64,000 nt of DNA from Eledone cirrhosa (taxonomy: Eukaryota). The position numbers and the translations under genes were made by a program. Below are positions 55,901-64,000 of this stretch, piece by piece; position 1 is the stretch's first letter, and each line of letters begins with the position of its first letter. The stretch is from the NCBI GenBank assembly GCA_964016885.1, contig OZ024740.1, positions 415,586,001-415,650,000 of the forward strand, read 5' to 3'. The notes under the pieces are model-generated. The model saw only the letters and a list, made by a program, of their open reading frames with translations. It was not told the origin of the DNA and searched no databases.

Positions 55901-58900
55901 GAGAACACTGGGGGTATGGACATATGTTGTATATGGGGGATGACAGTGAATCAGATATAGTGTGTAAGAGAGAACACTGTGGGTATGGACATATGTTGTG
56001 TATGGGGGATGACAGTGAATCAGATATAGAGTGTAAGAGAGAACACTGTGGGTATGGACATATGTTGTGTATGGGGGATGACAGTGAATCAGATATAGTG
56101 TGTAAGAGAGAACACTGTGGGTATGGACATATGTTGTGTATGGGGGATGACAGTGAATCAGATATAGTATGTACGAGAGAACACTGTGGGTATGGACATA
56201 TGTTGTGTATGGGGGATGACAGTAAATCAGATATAGAGTGTAAGAGAGAACACTGTGGGTATGTACATATGTTGTGTATGGGGGATGACAGTAATTCAGA
56301 TATAGAGTGTAAGAGAGAACACTGTGGGTATGGACATATGTTGTGTATGGGGGATGACAGTGAATCAGATATAGAGTGTAAGAGAGAACACTGTGGGTAT
56401 GGACATATGTTGTGTATGGGGATGACAGTGAATAAGATATAGTGTGTAAGAGAGAACACTGTGGGTATGGACATATGTTGTGTATGGGGGATGAGAGTAA
56501 ATCAGATATAGAGTGTAAGAGAGAACACTGTGGGTATGTACATATGTTGTGTATGGGGGATGACAGTAATTCAGATATAGAGTGTAAGAGAGAACACTGT
56601 GGGTATGGACATATGTTGTGTATGGGGGATGACAGTGAATCAGATATAGTGTGTAAGAGAGAATACTGTGGGTATGGACATATGTTGTGTATGGGGGATG
56701 ACAGTAAATCAGATATAGAGTGTAAGAGAGAACACTGTGGGTATGGACATATGTTGTGTATGGGGATGACAGTGAATAAGATATAGTGTGTAAGAGAGAA
56801 CACTGTGGGGATGGACATATGTTGTGTATGGGGGATGACAGTGAATCAGATATAGTGTGTAAGAGAGAACACTGTGGGTATGGACATATGTCGTGTATGG
56901 GGGATGACAGTGAATCAGATATAGTGTGTAAGAGAGAACACTGTGGGTATGGACATATGTTGTGTATGGGGGATGACAGTGAATAAGATATAGTGTGTAA
57001 GAGAGAACACTGTGGGGATGGACATATGTCGTGTATGGGGGATGACAGTGAATCAGATATAGTGTGTAAGAGAGAACACTGTGGGTATGGACATATGTCG
57101 TGTATGGGGGATGACAGTGAATCAGATATAGTGTGTAAGAGAGAACACTGTGGGTATGGACATATGTTGTGTATGGGGGATGACAATGAATCAGATATAG
57201 TGTGTAAGAGAGAACACTGTGGGTATGGACATATGTTGTGTATGGGGGATGACAGTAAATCAGATATAGAGTGTAAGAGAGAACACTGTGGGTATGTACA
57301 TATGTTGTGTATGGGGGATGACAGTAATTCAGATATAGAGTGTAAGAGAGAACACTGTGGGTATGGACATATGTTGTGTATGGGGGATGACAGTAAATCA
57401 GATATAGAGTGTAAGAGAGAACACTGGGTATGGATATATGTTGTGTATGGGGGATGACAGTGAATCAGATATAGTGTGTAAGCGAGAACACTGTGGGTAT
57501 GGACATATGTTGTGTATGGGGGAAGACAGTGAATCAGATATAGTGTGTAAGAGAGAACACTGTGGGTATGGACATATGTTGTGTATGGGGGATGACAGTG
57601 AATCAGATATAGTGTGTAAGAGACAACACTGTGGGTATGGACATATGTTGTGTATGGGGGATGACAGTGAATCAGATATAGTGTGTAAGAGAGAACACTC
57701 TGGGTATGGACATATGTTGTGTATGGGGGAAGACAGTGAATCAGATATAGTGTGTAAGAGAGAACACTGTGGGTATGGACATATGTTGTGTATGGGGGAT
57801 GACAGTGAATCAGATATAGAGTGTAAGAGAGAACACTGTGGGTATGGACATATGTTGTTTATGGGGGATGACAGTGAATCAGATATAGTGTGTAAGAGAG
57901 AACACTGTGGGTATGGACATATGTTGTGTATGGGGGATGACAGTGAATCAGATATAGTGTGTAAGAGAGAACACTCTGGGTATGGACATATGTTGTGTAT
58001 GGGGGATGACAGTTAATCAGATATAGTGTGTAAGAGAGAACACTGTGGGTATGGACATATATTGTGTATGAGGGATGACAGTGAATCAGATATAGTGTGT
58101 AAGAGAGAACACTGTGGGTATGGACATATGTTGTGTATGGGGGAAGACAGTGAATCAGATATAGTGTGTAAGAGTGAACACTGTCGGTATGGACATATGT
58201 TGTGTATGGGGGAAGACAGTGAATCATATATAGTGTGTAAGAGAGAACACTGTGGGTATGGACATATGTTGTGTATGGGGGATGACAGTGAATCAGATAT
58301 AGAGTGTAAGAGAGAACACTGTGGGTATGGACATATGTTGTGTATGGGGGATGACAGTGAATCAGATATAGTGTGTAAGAGAGAACACTGTGGGTATGGA
58401 CATATGTTGTGTATGGGGGATGACAGTGAATCAGATATAGTGTGTAAGAGAGAACACTCTGGGTATGGACATATGTTGTGTATGGGGGATGACAGTTAAT
58501 CAGATATAGTGTGTAAGAGAGAACACTGTGGGTATGGATATATATTGTGTATGAGGGATGACAGTGAATCAGATATAGTGTGTAAGAGAGAACACTGTGG
58601 GTATGGACATATGTTGTGTATGGGGGATGACAGGGAATCAGATATAGTGTGTAAGAGAGAACACTGTGGGTATGGACATATGTTGTGTATGGGGGATGAC
58701 AGTGAATCAGATATAGTGTGTAAGAGAGAACACTGTGGGTATGGACATATGTTGTGTATGGGGGATGACAGTGAATCAGATATAGAGTGTAAGAGAGAAC
58801 ACTGTGGGTATGGACATATGTTGTGTATGGGAGATGACAGTAAATAAGTTATAGTGTGTAAGAGAGAACACTGAGGGTATGGACATATGTTGTGTATGGG

Positions 58901-59660
58901 GGATGACAGTAAATCAGATATAGTGTGTAAGAGACAACACTGTGGGTATGGACATATGTTGTGTATGGTGGTTGACAGTGAATCAGATATAGTGTGTAAG
59001 AGAGAACACTGTGGCTATGGACATATGTTGTGTAAGGTGGTTGACAGTGAATCAGATATAGTGTGTAAGAGAGAACACTGTGGGTATGGACATATGTTGT
59101 GTATGGGGGATGACAGTCAATCAGATATAGAGTGTAAGGAGAACACTGTAGGTATGGACATATGTTGTGTATGGGGGATGACAGTAAATCAGATATAGTG
59201 TGTAAGAGAGATCACTGTGGGTATGGACATATGTTGTGTATGGGGGATGACAGTGAATCAAATATAGTGTGTAAGAGAGAACACTGTGGGTATGGACATA
59301 TGTTGTATATGGGGGACGACAGTGAATCAGATATAGTGTGTAAGAGAGAACACTGTGGGTATGGACATATGTTGTGTATGGGGGATGACAGTGAATCAAA
59401 TATAGTGTGTAAGAGAGAACACTTTGGGTATGGACATATGTTGTATATGGGGGATGACAGTGAATCAGATATAGTGTGAAAGAGAGAACACTGTGGGTAT
59501 GGACATATGTTGTGTATGGGGGATGACAGTGAATCAGATATAGAGTGTAAGAGAGAACACTGTGGGTATGGACATATGTTGTGTATGGGGGATGACAGTG
59601 AATCAGATATAGTGTGTAAGAGAGAACACTGTGGGTATGGACATATGTTGTGTATGGGGG
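52950..59660. repeat. Tandem duplication, offset 3514 bp (51 monomers)
   Basis: Pairs 53272/56786, 53479/56993, 53924/57438, 54512/58026, 54995/58509, 55373/58887 and 55648/59162 are all offset 3514. Confidence 0.92.
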
Positions 59661-60329
59661 ATGACAGTGAATCAGATATAGTGTGTAAGAGAGAGCACTG
59701 TGGGTATGGACATATGTTGTGTATGGGGGATGACAGTGAATCAAATATAGTGTGTAAGAGAGAACACTGTGGGTGTGTACATATGTTGTGTATGGGGGAT
59801 GACAGTGAATCAGATATAGTGTGTAAGAGAGTACACTGTGGGTATGCACATATGTTGTGTATGGGGGATGACAGTGGATCAAATATAGTGTGTAAGAGAG
59901 AACACTGGGTATGGACATATGTTGTGTATGGGGGATGACAGTGAATCAGATATAGTGTGTAAGAGAGAACACTGTGGGTATGGACATATGTTGTGTATGG
60001 TAGTTGACAGTGAATCAGATATAGTGTGTAAGAGAGAACACTGTGGGTATGGACATATGTTGTGTATGGGGGATGACAGTGAATCAAATATAGTGTGTAA
60101 GAGAGAACACTGTGGGTATGGACATATGTTGTATATGGGGGATGACAGTGAATCTGCTATAGTGTGTAAGAGAGAAAACACTGTGGGTATGGACATATGT
60201 TGTGTATGAGGGATGACAGTAAATCAGATATAGAGTGTAAGAGAGAACACTGTGGGTATGGACATATGTTGTGTATGGGGGATGACAGTGAATAAGATAT
60301 AGTGTGTAAGAGGGAACACTGTTGGTATG

Positions 60330-63300
60330 GACATATGTTATGTATTGGGGATGACAGTAAATCAGATATAGAGTGTAAGAGAGAACACTGTGTGTATGGA
60401 CATATGTTGTGTATGGGGGATGACAGTGAAAAAGATATAGTGTGTAAGAGAGAACACTGTGGGTATGGACATATGTTGTGTATGGGGGATGACAGTGAAA
60501 AAGATATAGTGTGTAAGAGAGAACACTGTGGGTATGGACATATGTTGTGTATGGGGGAAGACAGTGAATCAGATATAGTGTGTAAGAGTGAACACTGTGG
60601 GTATGGATATATGTTGTGTATGGGGGATGACAGTGAATCAGATATAGTATGTAAGAGAGAACACTGTGGGTATGGACATATGTTGTGTATGGGGGATGAC
60701 AGTGAATCAGATATAGTGTGTAAGAGAGAACACTGTGGGTATGGACATATGTTGTGTATGGGAGATGACAGTAAATCAGATATAGAGTGTAAGAGAGAAC
60801 ACTGTGGGTATGGACATATGTTGTGTATGGGGGATGACAGTGAATAACATATAGTGTGTAAGAGAGAACACTGTGGGTATGGACATATGTTGTGTATGGT
60901 GGATGACAGTGAATCAGATATAGTGTGTAAGAGAGAATACTGTGGGTATGGAGATATGTTGTGTATGGGGGATGACAGTAAATCAGATATAGAGTGTAAG
61001 AGAGAACACTGTGCGTATGGACATATGTTGTGTATGGGGATGACAGTGAATAAGATATAGTGTGTAAGAGAGAACACTGTGGGGATGGACATATGTTGTG
61101 TATGGGGGATGACAGTGAATCAGATATAGTGTGTAAGAGAGAACACTGTGGGTATGGACATATGTTGTGTATGGGGGATGACAGTGAATCAGATATAGTA
61201 TGTAAGAGAGAACACTGTGGGTTTGGACATATGTTGTGTATGGGGGATGACAGTGAATCAGATATAGCGTGTAAGAGAGAAAACTATGGGTATGGGGGAT
61301 GACAGTAAATCAGATATAGAGTGTAAGAGAGAACACTGTGGGTATGGACATATGTTGTGTATGGGGGAAGACAGTGAATCAGATATAGTGTGTAAGAGTG
61401 AACACTGTCGGTATGGACATATGTTGTGTATGGGGGAAGACAGTGAATCATATATAGAGTGTAAGAGAGAACACTGTGGGTATGGACATATGTTGTGTAT
61501 GGGGGATGACAGTGAATCAGATATAGAGTGTAAGAGAGAACACTGTGGGTATGGACATATGTTGTGTATGGGGGATGACAGTGAATCAGATATTGTGTGT
61601 AAGAGAGAACACTGTGGGTATGGACATATGTTGTGTATGGGTGATGACAGTGAATCAGATATAGTATGTACGAGAGAACACTGTGGGTATGGACATATGT
61701 TGTGTATAGGGGATGACAGTGAATCAGAAATAGTGTGTAAGAGAGAACACTGTGGGTATGTACATATGTTGTGTATGGGGGATGACAGTGAATCAGATAT
61801 AGTGTGTAAGAGAGAACACTGTTGGTATGGACATATGTTGTGTATGGGGGATGACAGTGAAAAAGATATAGTGTGTAAGAGAGAACACTGTGGGTATGGA
61901 CATATGTTGTGTATGGGGGATGACAGTGAAAAAGATATAGTGTGTAAGAGAGAATACTGTGGGTATGGACATATGTTGTGTATGGGGGAAGACAGTGAAT
62001 CAGATATAGTGTGTAAGAGTGAACACTGTGGGTATGGATATATGTTGTGTATGGAGGATGACAGTGAATCAGATATAGTATGTAAGAGAGAACACTGTGG
62101 GTATGGACATATGTTGTGTATGGAGGAAGACAGTGAATCAGATATAGTGTGTAAGAGAGAACACTGTGGGTATGGACATATGTTGTGTATGGGGGATGAC
62201 AGTGAATCAGATATAGTGTGTAAGAGAGAACACTGTGGGTATGGACATATGTTGTGTATGGGGGATGACAGTAAATCAGATATAGAGTGTAAGAGAGAAC
62301 ACTGTGGGTATGGACATATGTTGTGTATGGGGGATGACAGTGAATCAGATATAGTGTGTAAGAGAGAACACTGTGGGTATGGACATATGTTGTGTATGGG
62401 GGATGACAGTGAATCAAATATAGTGTGTAAGAGAGAACACTGTGGGTGTGTACATATGTTGTGTATGGGGGATGACAGTGAATCAGATATAGTGTGTAAG
62501 AGAGTACACTGTGGGTATGCACATATGTTGTGTATGGGGGATGACAGTGGATCAAATATAGTGTGTAAGAGAGAACACTGGGTATGGACATATGTTATGT
62601 ATTGGGGATGACAGTAAATCAGATATAGAGTGTAAGAGAGAACACTGTGTGTATGGACATATGTTGTGTATGGGTGATGACAGTGAAAAAGATATAGTGT
62701 GTAAGAGAGAACACTGTGGGTATGGACATATGTTGTGTATGGGGGATGACAGTGAAAAAGATATAGTGTGTAAGAGAGAACACTGTGGGTATGGACATAT
62801 GTTGTGTATGGGGGAAGACAGTGAATCAGATATAGTGTGTAAGAGTGAACACTGTGGGTATGGATATATGTTGTGTATGGGGGATGACAGTGAATCAGAT
62901 ATAGTATGTAAGAGAGAACACTGTGGGTATGGACATATGTTGTGTATGGGGGATGACAGTGAATCAGATATAGTGTGTAAGAGAGAACACTGTGGGTATG
63001 GACATATGTTGTGTATGGGAGATGACAGTAAATCAGATATAGAGTGTAAGAGAGAACACTGTGGGTATGGACATATGTTGTGTATGGGGGATGACAGTGA
63101 ATAACATATAGTGTGTAAGAGAGAACACTGTGGGTATGGACATATGTTGTGTATGGTGGATGACAGTGAATCAGATATAGTGTGTAAGAGAGAATACTGT
63201 GGGTATGGAGATATGTTGTGTATGGGGGATGACAGTAAATCAGATATAGAGTGTAAGAGAGAACACTGTGCGTATGGACATATGTTGTGTATGGGGATGA

Positions 63301-64000
63301 CAGTGAATAAGATATAGTGTGTAAGAGAGAACACTGTGGGGATGGACATATGTTGTGTATGGGGGATGACAGTGAATCAGATATAGTGTGTAAGAGAGAA
63401 CACTGTGGGTATGGACATATGTTGTGTATGGGGGATGACAGTGAATCAGATATAGTATGTAAGAGAGAACACTGTGGGTTTGGACATATGTTGTGTATGG
63501 GGGATGACAGTGAATCAGATATAGCGTGTAAGAGAGAAAACTATGGGTATGGGGGATGACAGTAAATCAGATATAGAGTGTAAGAGAGAACACTGTGGGT
63601 ATGGACATATGTTGTGTATGGGGGAAGACAGTGAATCAGATATAGTGTGTAAGAGTGAACAATGTCGGTATGGACATATGTTGTGTATGGGGGAAGACAG
63701 TGAATCATATATAGAGTGTAAGAGAGAACACTGTGGGTATGGACATATGTTGTGTATGGGGGATGACAGTGAATCAGATATAGAGTGTAAGAGAGAACAC
63801 TGTGGGTATGGACATATGTTGTGTATGGGGGATGACAGTGAATCAGATATTGTGTGTAAGAGAGAACACTGTGGGTATGGACATATGTTGTGTATGGGTG
63901 ATGACAGTGAATCAGATATAGTATGTACGAGAGAACACTGTGGGTATGGACATATGCTGTGTATAGGGGATGACAGTGAATCAGAAATAGTGTGTAAGAG
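60330..64000. repeat. Tandem duplication, offset 2257 bp (33 monomers including a 52-bp monomer); second copy cut by window end
   Basis: Pairs 60854/63111 and 61060/63317 are offset 2257. The 17-bp deletion junctions lie at 61290 and 63547. Confidence 0.9.

Larger units (their letters stand above)
1..64000. repeat. Tandem satellite DNA array, 69-bp monomer, ~930 copies, single orientation, extends beyond both window ends
   Basis: The same 69-mer recurs head-to-tail throughout (perfect consensus copy at 1861-1929), and the ORF track repeats a 23-aa unit everywhere. Consensus composition on + strand is G24 A21 T19 C5 (42% GC, strong G-over-C skew, no CpG). Each consensus monomer has one NdeI (CATATG) and one HinfI (GAATC) site. 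Confidence 0.99.

Noticed and set aside
1-64000. All ORFs in the six-frame track as protein-coding genes (up to 1328 aa)
   Set aside because: They are translations of the 69-bp unit, overlap on both strands, switch peptide at indels, and are broken by amplified stops and frameshifts. No unique domains are present.
1-64000. CRISPR array (the period of 69 bp is CRISPR-like)
   Set aside because: There are no unique spacers, since the whole 69 bp is repeated. No leader or cas genes are present.
1-64000. Immunoglobulin switch region
   Set aside because: It is G-skewed and tandem, but the consensus lacks AGCT/WGCW motifs, no Ig exons are present, and the array is much longer than known switch regions.
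1-64000. Tandem tRNA, 5S or other small RNA gene array
   Set aside because: With 5 C against 24 G, neither strand can form a cloverleaf or extensive Watson-Crick stems. I see no Pol III A/B boxes or oligo-T terminator.
1-64000. Inversion or transposon insertion within the array
   Set aside because: I saw no C-rich reverse-complement monomers and no non-satellite sequence anywhere on reading through.
1-64000. Whole array as a sequencing or rolling-circle concatemer artefact
   Set aside because: Variants recur in ordered, hierarchically duplicated haplotypes rather than as random errors. Individual block copy numbers still need read-level confirmation.

Overview
The whole 64 kb window is one uninterrupted head-to-tail tandem array (satellite DNA) of a 69-bp monomer, consensus TGTGGGTATGGACATATGTTGTGTATGGGGGATGACAGTGAATCAGATATAGTGTGTAAGAGAGAACAC. 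There are about 930 copies (64000/69), all in the same orientation, and most differ from consensus at only 0-3 positions. The array runs off both window ends. I see no unique sequence, gene, RNA gene, transposon or CRISPR spacer. The many ORFs are a by-product of a unit length divisible by 3 that lacks stops in three of six frames. The informative structure lies in the variant monomers. They reveal nested tandem block duplications (138 bp to 6.5 kb), a loose ~3.5-kb higher-order cycle and a nascent 276-bp tetramer. They also show microhomology-bounded 15- and 17-bp deletion monomers and a roughly symmetric layering, in which both window ends share variants missing from a central core. This resembles a eukaryotic (peri)centromeric or heterochromatic satellite, but host, family name and function cannot be determined from this sequence. 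I cannot support a novel gene system here.
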